Positions 25,061 to 37,824 of a DNA stretch of 64,000 bases are shown in pieces. Source of the DNA: Felis catus (Eukaryota); assembly GCF_018350175.1 (NCBI RefSeq), contig NC_058368.1:172858001-172922000 (forward strand), read 5' to 3'. The position numbers and the translations under genes are program-made. The stretch's first letter is position 1. Every line of letters starts with the position of its first letter. The notes beneath the pieces are model-generated. The model was not told the DNA's origin. It worked only from the letters and a program-made list of their open reading frames with translations, and ran no database searches.

Positions 25061-25759
25061 CAGGACTGTCTCTTAATAGAAGAATCCTCCCTCTCCTCCT
25101 CCCTCTCCATTTCACACTTAGCCCCAGCCTGGCTTAATTCTCCACTCTGTAACAGCTGCTTTCATCTTACTGTCTCCACAGTTAGGACTGTCACTGTTCC
25201 CGCAGGTTTGGCACACCTACTGGTGCTGCCCTTAGAAGTCACTGCATATACTCCTTTAGAAAGCTAAAACGTCATGTTAAAGAAGTGGCCCTGAACTCAG
25301 GCAACCAGGGGCTCAGTGGGAGGAAGAAACCTGCGTCTGGTTGCCCTGGCCTCAGAAGTCAGCTGCAGCGTACTGGGCACAGATGGGCAAGGGCTCTTGT
25401 CCTGCGACAGCGCTGTCGTCACAGGGCTTCCTGAACTTACAGGAGCGAGATCACTTCCCAGTCACAGGGCTGAGAAGCAGCAGGGACAGGAGAGGAACCC
25501 AACCTTGTCGGCTCCAGAACCCAGGGCTCCCCTACAAACTAGGTCGCCTGCTTCCAGAGTATGGCCTGGTTTGTGAAGTTGGTACCCCCTACTGACATTT
25601 TCCTAGCAACAATAGTTTCCCTGCAGATGAGGGGGAGGAGGAGCCAGGAGACCATTCCCCTTCACCACAATAGGAAGCTGAGGCCTAGCAGGGGTCTACA
25701 GGGGCAGATGGCAGGCAGGCTAGGGCACAGACCCCCGAGCCTTGGGAGCTGGATCCGTG

Positions 25760-26456
25760 CCCCCTCCCCTGGCGCCTGCGCACTGCAGTTCCGTTCCCGC
25801 CCAACCCCGCCCAATCGCCCGGGTTTTCAAATTTGAAACCTGCTCCTTTTCCCGCCCGAACTTGTAGGCCAGCGGAGGGGGAGGGTGGGGCCGAACGCAG
25901 CCAATAGTGCCTCACAAGCTCCCCGGCCCCGCCCTGAAGGTGACGACAGCAAGCCGCAGTAGGCAATGGGCAAATGGGCAAAGGTGCCCGCTGGCCCCGC
26001 CTCCGTGGCGCCCACGTGCAGCAGTCGAGCTGGGGCCTCCCAGAGACCACGGGTGCCCGGATTACCATTCTAGGGGCAGAGTCTTCGCTATCAACTCCGG
26101 GCTGGAAACTGAGGCCCTGATACTCCAAGTAGTCGGCGTGGGGTCGCTGAACGAAATGGGCAAGATGCGGCCCCATTCAGCCTGGGGACTCACTCAAAAA
26201 CTGGGCCTGGAGGAAGCGCCCGTGGCAGCCCTGGGAGTCTGAGGGGCCGGGCTGGCCCGTGGAGGTGGGCTGCGGTTCCCTGGTCCCTTTCCAGAGGGGC
26301 GGGGCCAAGAATTGGGCCGTCCGGGGGCGGGGTGTCTCGGAGGCGGGGCCGGGGCCCCTGTGTTTGTTGCACCGTGTCAGTTACATTGTAACAAAAGTGG
26401 TGCAGCCGCTCTTCGGGCCAGCACCTTAGGCCCGCCCGCCACCAGCTGTCTCCGAC
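25760..26456 (+). promoter_or_regulatory. MXD3: MXD3 CpG-rich promoter: CCAAT boxes (25811, 25901), palindromic CHR (25825-25838), E2F-like site (25848-25855), E-box (26013-26018), GC boxes
   Basis: Motifs read directly; consistent with a cell-cycle-regulated promoter. Confidence 0.75.
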
Positions 26457-29400
26457 ATGGAACCTGTGGCCAGCAATATCCAGGTCCTGCTGCAGGCGGC
26501 CGAGTTCCTAGAGCGCCGCGAGAGAGGTGAGGAAGAAACATTGGTCAGACTCCAGGCAGCAACCTCGCTGACACAGGCCTGGACTAGACTTGGCTCCCAA
26601 CTGGAAGGATGCATGCATGGCCTTAGGCAGTAACCCTGAGGCACCCTTTCTCAGTTTGGCGGGGGTGGTGGGGTTGGGAAAATGGCCCTGGCGCCAAAAA
26701 CCCTTCCCTGACCGTGCCTTGCCAGGGGCGCCTGCAGGGACCAGCCCCAGCCTGAAGCGGGCGGGGGCTGTCTCTGGCAGAAGCTGAGCATGGCTACGCG
26801 TCCCTGTGCCCGCACCGCAGTCCGGGCCCAGTCAACAAGAGGAGGAAGCGATCCCCCCAAGCTTCTGGCACGCTGGACAGTGGGCGGTGAGGAGTGCTGG
26901 GGACGGTGGGGAGAGGAGGGGGATGGGTCCCTTCATCGGGCCTCACCTTTGCCCACTTCCTCCTTGTTGCTTGCATCTTCTGGGCCAGATCCTCACTCTG
27001 GAGGCAGTTCAGACCTCTCCTGCCATCTCCTCACTCCCCTCTATTCGTTCAGGGACTATTTCTTGAGCACCCCTGTTGTGTCAGGAGCTATAAATAGGAT
27101 ACTTCAGGGTCCTTCTTCCACTCACACTAGCACACTCCACATCTCACTCCACTCGATTTCTCCCACAGGCTTCCTCCTCTTCTCTCGTGTCAGCCCTTTG
27201 CACATGCTATTCCCTCCAATTTTAATGCCTCTCCTTCCACTACCCACTTTGGATAGCTTGTTTCTGGCCCAGCTCAACTGTCATCTCTGCCCAGGAAGCC
27301 CTTCCTGACTGCTGGTAGGTGGCCTCTTTCGGACCCCACAACCACCTGGGCAGGCCTCCCAGCTTTTGGCCCCATTTGTCTCTTTCTCTCCTGGGGATTC
27401 CAGTGCCCAAGGCCGGCACAAGATCCCCACATTGGGCTAGTTTGGAGCAGACAACTATAGTGGATTTTAAGCCCCTGGGACTGAGGGTGTGGTAGTAGCT
27501 GACACCCCCTCACCCCATCCTCCCTGGCATTGACAGGTCTGTGCACAACGAGCTGGAGAAGCGCAGGTGAGTCCTAGCTTTGCCTGACATCACCAGGCCC
27601 CAGGAACCACCTCCCTCTGGCCTCCCCTCCCCTACTGCCCCTGTGGCCAGCAAGGCTGGGCTGGCACTGCCCTCCAGACCCCTTCCCCTGCAGGAGGGCC
27701 CAGTTGAAGAGGTGCCTGGAAGAGCTAAAACAGCAGATGCCCCTCGGGGCTGACTGTGCCCGGTACACCACACTGAGCCTTCTGCGCTGGGCCAGGATGC
27801 ATATCCAGGTATGGAGCTACCCCTGCACCCTGGGGCCAACCTGCCAGAACTCCTGAGAGGTATAGTAGGGAGGGGCTGAGTGGAACTGGGGAGAGATGCC
27901 TGAGGTCATAGGTCAACAGTGTGACATGGGACAGTTTTCTATGCTTTTAGCTTCCATATGTGTGAAGTAGGAAGAAAAGCAGAAAGTAAGGATTGTTCTG
28001 AGGCTTGAGTTTGCTCAGTAAATGTTCACGGCTATTACAGCTATTATATCACTTCAATCCTAACTGGCAAGTCACTTAGCCTCTCTCTGGACTTTACCCT
28101 CCTCTGTAAGGAGGGACATGTCTGTTGACAATATTTTGATGTGTCATGTGTCAGGGTCCCTAGAACTGCAGAGGGCTGGTTTTCACTCTCTCACTCTCCC
28201 ATCCTTCAAGGCCTCCGGTTCTGAGCCCTCTACTCTGATACCATTTTGGAGAGTAGTTCCAGAGGCCAGGAGAGGGGAAGGTCAGAGGAAGTCAGTCACC
28301 TATCCTCCCAGGGCCCTTCCGTTGCCTGGGCTAAGCTCAGCACCCCCTGGTGGACAGGAGTGGGGTATGCCCCAGGCAGCACCCCTACTCCCACCCCCAA
28401 TGGGAGCTTAGGGAATGGACTAAAAGTGGCCTTGGAAACAAGAGGCCTTTTCTTGTCCTTTTGGCCCTTTTGGCCTAGGAAGAAATGGGGGCACAGGAGG
28501 CTAAGGACCAAGCAGCACAGCTAATGAGAGGCAGAATCATAACCCAGGCCCAAGTTCCCTGATTTGCAGTTTCCTTCAAGTGTTTATTGAGCACCTGTTC
28601 TACCAGGACCTGTTGTAGGCACCAGGGGTTGTGGTAGAGAGATCCAGGTGCTTATGCAGCAAGTAAATCACGGTGTAGGGAACGTCAGCACCACCCCATA
28701 GTGCCTGCATCCCTGGACTCTGTTGAAGGACACCCTGGTCAGGTAGCAGGCCCATTTCTCACATGGAGCTTGCCTGGCGTGGTTCTTGGAGAGATAATGT
28801 GTGCCCCTTGGGTGCTGGCTGGCCCATGGGCAGGAGCTAGGGATTGCTCCTTCCTTGAAGTCCTATACCCCCTTTCCTGGCCCTACCTATTTTGCCTTCT
28901 CCAGGCCGTCTTCAATCTTGCCCTAGAATGTTCTTTGTAGCACACAGATCTCCTTAGGTCTACTGCTGGAAACCTTCTGTGGCTCTTGACAGGACAGTCC
29001 CAGTTCCTGCAAAACTGCAGGCCCTTCACAACTCAGGCCTTGCTACTGGTCAGCTTTTGGTCTCCCATATCCCTGTGCCCCACCAGAAAAGCTTAAGTCT
29101 CTATGCTCTTCTCAGTTTCCCTCTGCTATGATGCTTCTTCCTGCCCCATTTTGCCTAGGCAGCTCTTACTTATCCTTCTGCACCCAGTACAAGTGTCCCC
29201 TCATCCAGTACTCCCCTTCTTGTTGACTAATGCAGACTTCTGCCCACCAAAGGCTCTGGTGCGAGGACCCTTGGCCCTCTAAGTCCCTGGAACCCAGGCT
29301 GGCAGAGCTTGAGGAGGATTAATGCTGAAGGCACAGGGTTCCTGGGAGAGACTTGACTAGGAGTCACAAACTGGTAGCCTCGGTTCGGTCTACAGTTTTC

Positions 29401-30258
29401 TAAAAATTTAAATTAGTTGGCAGCACAAAGGACATTTGACATGAAAAAGTCTGACTTTCCAGCTTCTCTTAAAGAAATTAGGATGTCTGGCAGCACCAAG
29501 CCCATTTGCATGTGGCTGGAACTGGCTATTACCTGGAGGTGGCCACCTTGAGCCATGGTGCCCGCTTGCAGGTGTGCGGCAGTCCTCCCCAAAACCTGCT
29601 GCTCGCCACTACAAGACTCCTTTCACATCGCTGGACCAGGCTCTGAAGGCCTGAGATCGTGGTGCCCGCCCTCCCCAACTCCTCAAGACGAGAGCGTTCA
29701 CAGGCCATTTACATGGGCCCAGAGGGCAGGAGGGCTGGCTTCCCGGAAGATGCGGGAGCTCTCTGGGGCCCAAATTTAGACGCCCCTGGTCCGGAGCGGA
29801 CAGTCACTGTTGAGGTGTGGTGGGATGAGCCCCGGGCCCCCAGGCAGCTGACCCCACAGCCCCTTGCTCCCTTGGGACCTGCAGAAGCTTGAGGAGCAGG
29901 AGCAGCAGGCGCGGCGGCTCAAGGAGAAGCTGCGCAGTAAGCAGCAGAGCCTGCAGCAGCAGCTGGAGCAGCTCCGGGGGCTGGCGGGGCCAGGTGAGAG
30001 GGAGCGGCCACGGGCAGACAGCCTGGACTCTTCAGGCCTCTCGTCGGAGCGTTCGGACTCAGACCAAGGTGAGTGCCCCGAAGCTGAGGGGTTGTGTAGA
30101 CTGAGTGGGCCGGGTCTGCTGACTGGACCCTTCCCTGTGTAGAGGAGGCAGAGGTGGACGTGGAGAGCCTGGTGTTCGGGGGCGAGGCTGAGCTGCTGCG
30201 GGGCTTCGGCGCAGGCCAGGAGCACAGCTACTCACACAGCAGAACCACCTGGCTATGA
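26457..30258 (+). CDS. MXD3: MAX dimerization protein 3, 206 aa; exons 26457-26526, 26781-26886, 27537-27566, 27694-27808, 29885-30068, 30143-30258
   Basis: [27 protein letters not shown], b[22 protein letters not shown], leucine zipper. All introns GT-AG; total 621 nt. Confidence 0.97.
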
Positions 30259-30624
30259 CCTTCACCGCCCCAAAGTGGGCCTCTACCCTCAGACTACTCT
30301 CCGCTCTGCCGGCAGGAGTCCTCCCCAAAGCCTCAGGGGCTGCTCGGAGTCACCTCCTGTTGCAATGGACTAAAAGGACCCTTGTGTGGGAATAGGTGCC
30401 TGCCCCCAACCTTGCCACCGGCTGTGCCTCCTGGGGGAGGGGTGCCTGGGTTTCCCCTGAGCCCCACGGGGCAGGCAGCTTAGGCCTGGGCCACTCTTCC
30501 AGGCCTTTTTTTTTGTAGCACTTGGCTCTGCTGTCCCCAAGGGGGCAGGAAGCCTCTTGGGCCCTCACATTCCTTCCTAGACAAGGCTCTCTGGCCTTTG
30601 TCCCAGATACTGTACAGTATTTTC

Positions 30625-30630
30625 ATTAAA
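30625..30630 (+). terminator. MXD3: Candidate MXD3 proximal poly(A) signal ATTAAA
   Basis: Preceded by TGTA; about 370 nt after the stop codon. Confidence 0.6.
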
Positions 30631-31224
30631 AGCCTCTTTACTAACTTCCTGTACATGGTCTTGCCCGATGAAAATGGGGAACTCCCAGCCGCAGACAAAC
30701 TGGAAAAGAGGAAATGAGATCAGTAGCCATTACTGACACTGTTGACCAAACCAGCAGTGTCCCTTTAATTTTCACAGTTGGGGGCTGTCTGTCCCCAGTT
30801 CATGGGCGGGACGAGGCTGAGTGAGATGACTTGCCTGAGGTCCAAAGCCAGGAAAGCACGGAGTCAAGATTCAAACTAAAGCTTTCTGACTCCAGAGCTA
30901 GGGCTGACTGAATTCAACAAGTATTTATTGAGTGCCTGTTATGTGCTAGGCATTGTTCCAGGTACTTGGGACACATCAGAGAGTGCAATAAAGGCCCCTG
31001 CCCTCATGGAGCTTACAGTCTAGCATTTATTACCACTGCATCTGCACAATGCCTGTGACCCTGGGCACTTCACCGCGCCTCTCTGTGCCTGTCCTCAGCT
31101 GCCCGATGCGGGAGTAAGCAGGCCCAGCTCAGACATGGTAACATGCCTGGTGCACTGTAAATGGCAAACGGGACACCCACCCCCAACCCACCACCCAGAC
31201 AGTAGAAAGGGCTGGAAGTTGACT

Positions 31225-31230
31225 TTTAAT
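31225..31230 (-). terminator. PRELID1: Candidate PRELID1 poly(A) signal ATTAAA
   Basis: About 80 nt after the stop codon, with upstream TGTA on the minus strand. Confidence 0.6.
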
Positions 31231-33899
31231 AAAGTACAAGGGGGAAAAGGGTGGAGGGATTTGAGCCGGGTGGTCAGGTGTCCTACCGCACCAGGGCCTG
31301 GGCTAGCTACACAAACTGCTGCTGCTGCTGTTGCTGCTTGGTGGCCGCCTTGCTGGCAAGGTCCTTGGCCTTCTCTGTAGCTGCCAGTGCCGTCTCCTTT
31401 GCCTTCTCCTTGGCTTCCTTGGCTGTCTCAACAAGGGTTTTGGAAGGGGCCTCACCTGCAGCAAAGGGCAGGGGCTGGCTTCAGAGAATGCCAAGAAGAC
31501 CTATTTCATCACCCCTCCATGACATTCACCCTCTTTGGGCCAGGCCCCATTGGAAAGGTGGTATTTGCCCCAGGGGAGAGATCAGGAGTCCCAGGCTTAG
31601 AGTGGGGTGGTGATAGCCACAGACTCCACACAAATCAGGGCAGCTAGGACTTGACTCCAGCTTCTCTTTGTGCCCAGAGCCCTCACCTTGCAGCTTGGCC
31701 AAGATGTATTCAAAGCCCTTCATAGTCTTGGTCACATTGCTTTTGAACCGGGCAAGGCCAAATTCCTGGCAAAAGAAGAAAGGGGTAAAGATTTGGAGCT
31801 TCCCACTGATCCCTAGCCAAGCCTTTGTGCCAAATGCCTGGGCCCCCAAAGACCCAGCACCCCCACAAAGCTGCTCACCTGGACAGCTCTGGAGACACCA
31901 AATAAACTAGAGGAGACCCAGGCTTCCCGGCGTATTTCGGTCCAGCCGCTGTTATCAGAGTTCACACAGTAAACACATCGTTCCTCCACCACCTGTGCGG
32001 GGAATCAGGCCAACCACAACTGTGGGGGTGTCTTTCACTTTACCAAACTTGCACATCAATGTGATCCCCTGCCTCTCTTTCACAAGGTAAGGCAATAAAA
32101 TGAAAACCTACTTCTTTCACCTACTGTATGCCAAATCTGCATTTTAGGAAGAGCAAGAACATAAAAAAGGCCATTTTGCTAACACCTCTCCTCTAACTCT
32201 TCAAACTAAAAGGCATACAGACTCGAGATCAGTAGGGTGCCTTCCAGCTCTATCCTGGTCCTAGATTTTGTTTGCTAGGTTTCCATGCAGTGCTTTTAGC
32301 CTGCCTTCCACCACTACAGCTCTTGAGCTCCCATTTCCAAAATGGAAATCTGGCAGTCGTCACAGCTCATTATCAGAGAAGTGGACCAGTATTTCCAAAA
32401 GAAACACTTAAAACACATGTCTTGACAGCTGGATCACTATCTTTGTAATTTATAAAAACAGGTTATGCCCTCAGGATAGTCTGCTGTGAAGCCTTCAGAA
32501 AACTCTGGGGGAGAATATCAAGGTGCCTGCTCACTCTGTGACCTTGCAGGACACTTCCCCTCTCTGAACCTCACTTCCCTCTTTGCATAATAGAGAGTAA
32601 TACCCACCTTTCCAGGGTCACTGTGAAGATTAGCTGAGAAAGAGAATGAAGAGTTCTCTGAAAGCTTTTAGAATATTCACAAGCGAGAAAATACTGCACT
32701 AGCTTTCTTTAAAGTTTTCAAGCTTTTTTATGTGCAAAAAAATCAAAATGTGTATGAACCTCTTCCACCAAAATCTCAGACAAAAATCCATTACATAAGA
32801 CAGATAAATGTCTTAATAAACATCATAAGACAGAACTCCTCTAATTATGGGGCAAGAGGCCCAGAACCTCTCCCCTCTGAGGCACAAAGGAATTCCTTAT
32901 GGCTTGATGGACTCCTGTTTGAAAATTACCACCTCCCTTCCTCAGCATCACTCCTGTGAGCCCAAACTATACATGTGCCAGGCACAGTGAGGGTACTCTG
33001 TATTTAGTACTTGGAACAACTCTGTAGAACAGGTACCCTCAGTATCAATGAGTTAAAAGACTGGTCCGGAGATACTAACCAGCTGAAAAGATCATCTGAG
33101 TTACACTCTAGAGCTATCACTCCCTAGTAACCCAGATCTGCCCCAGACCATAGAATTTCCTTCATGGCTCCCTAGCCACAGGTACCTGGAGTTTTCTACT
33201 TCTGGGGGAACAAGGGGAGGGTAGTCTCACCATCAGCCGGGCATGGTTGATGTTCCAGGTGAAGGTGGTCATGGTCTGGTTCTGCGGGTCCACAATAGAA
33301 TCCTCCAGGATGTACACCGAGTGAGCAACATTGGCAGGAAACAGTCGCTCGGCCCAGCGGGGCATCCTGTTAGTCTTGGTCAGGAGACGCCGGGACAGGA
33401 GCTTCTGGTCAGGGGTCACCTCCCGGTGCACTATGTCTTCCGTCAAGACATGTTTGCTGCAAGTATCAGAGTAAAGGTGACTCTAGGGAGCATGCCGCCT
33501 GTTGGGTTTCCCATTTGGAGCCTCCTGGCCCAGAATGGCCATGCCTTCCCCAAACTTGGCACGATCATCGGCAGTGATAAGTGGCGTGCCTCGGACCTGA
33601 TCTAGAGTTCGTTGAGCCTATCCGCAGGCAAATTCCAACTCCCGCCCCCTCGCTGACCGGTCCAGCTGGACCTCATGATTTATTACACCCGTGGAGAATG
33701 CCACAGGCACTGGAGTTGGCCAACGCCCGGATTTCCAACCTCAAGATCCCTCCCAACTCAAGTTCCCCCGCCTCTTCCTGTCTCACCACCCCGAAATGAG
33801 AGAACCTTGGACTACAGCCTCAAGTAAACCACGGCCCAGGCCCAGCCTCTTTCCACTACCTTGCAGGCCTGGCCGCTTCCCGGATAGGGTTTTCTTAAC

Positions 33900-36306
<2,407 letters not shown>

Positions 36307-36593
36307 GTCACCACCGCTCAGCTCACCTGGCCTGGGGGGGCTGAAGGGGATATTAAAGGGATTCCCCCAGAAGAGCTAGACCTAGCTCTCATCTGGGGTT
36401 GAGTGGTCAACTCTCTGAGCTACCCCCAGTCCCCATGGCAGCAGGGGTGGCACCTGCCTGTGCTGGCCCATGGAATGGAGGCAGCATTTGTCTGACTGAT
36501 GGGCACGAGGAGGGTAAAGGCTTATTTGGACCCAGGCTCCTGCCCTGGACAGCACTTGTGTCTTCAGATTATTTAAGTGGCTTCTGATTTGTA

Positions 36594-36599
36594 AATAAA
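36594..36599 (+). terminator. RAB24: RAB24 poly(A) signal AATAAA
   Basis: About 290 nt downstream of the stop codon. Confidence 0.8.
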
Positions 36600-37824
36600 A
36601 TCAATGCACTGTGAATCACACTCAGCCCCTCTCCCTGCTGTGCCAAGACACCTAGTTCTTTCTGGGACCACCTGGCTGTCCTAACTTCCTATATTAAGGC
36701 TCCTACCAGCTCTTACTCTTTTGGAAACCAAGTAACTTCACCCCAGGGATGCAGCTGAGATAATAGAGAAACAAAAGGGCTTTTTCCTGTTCTTTAGGGG
36801 AGACAAAGATAGGTGAGAGGTTGTGGCTGGGGCAATGCAAAGCTCTACGATTCCATCTTGGTGTCGAGAAGAGCAAGGTTTAAATGGTGTCCAGAGATCA
36901 AAGGGTCAAGTACTCCTACCTCAGACTGGCTGGTTCTACCACTACTGTCATGTCTAGGTCCATGAGTCATGCCTGTGGCTCAGATCCTAAGCTTCTCAGC
37001 AATATCTTACAATGTGGTTTAATGGAAGAAGAATCCTACATTCTGCAAGACAGAAAGGTCTTTTAGATCCAGACTGGGATCCAGTTCAGCTATCAACAGA
37101 AAAGGGACCTGAACTCAGCCTGAGTTTCTCACCTATAAAATGAGGTGACCATCACCCAGTTCAGGATGCTGAAGATCCAGAGCAAAAAGTAACTCTAGGA
37201 CTGAATGCTTGTCTTCTCACGCTACCCCCCCACCCCCCGCCCCAGGGCTTTGTGCTGAAGGGGTAGGAAGTTCAGGACTAGGTCAGAAGGAGAGACAGAC
37301 TCCCAAGATTCCCTCAAAGTATATTTTTGGGCCTTAGAAGTATCAGGCATTACTGTACACAGGGCTGATGCTTCCTCTTCAACTAAAAAGCATATGGCAG
37401 TTCTTCCTAGTATGGGAGGCCTGGGCCAGGTCTTCTACAGTGCCTAGCACCTATCTCTGAAGAACTAAAAACCTGGCTAGAATGGCCAGACTCACACTCA
37501 GAAAGTACTATGGTTCCACTTCCCTTTTTAAAACCAATTCCTCAAAATACCCTTCCTTTATGGGTAATGGAAGCTTCCTGTATAGGGGCTAAAACAGACA
37601 GCAGCCATTCCCAAAGGAAGTGAAAAACATTCTGGCAGATGGTGGCTGCAGGGAGAAAACCCACACAACTCCTGGGAGATGCTTAGAGGAGAGGCTCACC
37701 TCCACCAAGTCCCGGACCTGGGAACTATCTCAGGGGCTGGTTCTGCTCTCACCCAAACACATCCTCCCTCCTGTTAAAGCTACATCTCCCCACGGACAAC
37801 AAACAAAACACAGGGCAAGGGCCA

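Noticed and set aside
31316..31336. CAG/polyQ tract in PRELID1
   Set aside because: Only 7 Gln, interrupted by CAA; a normal C-terminal feature.
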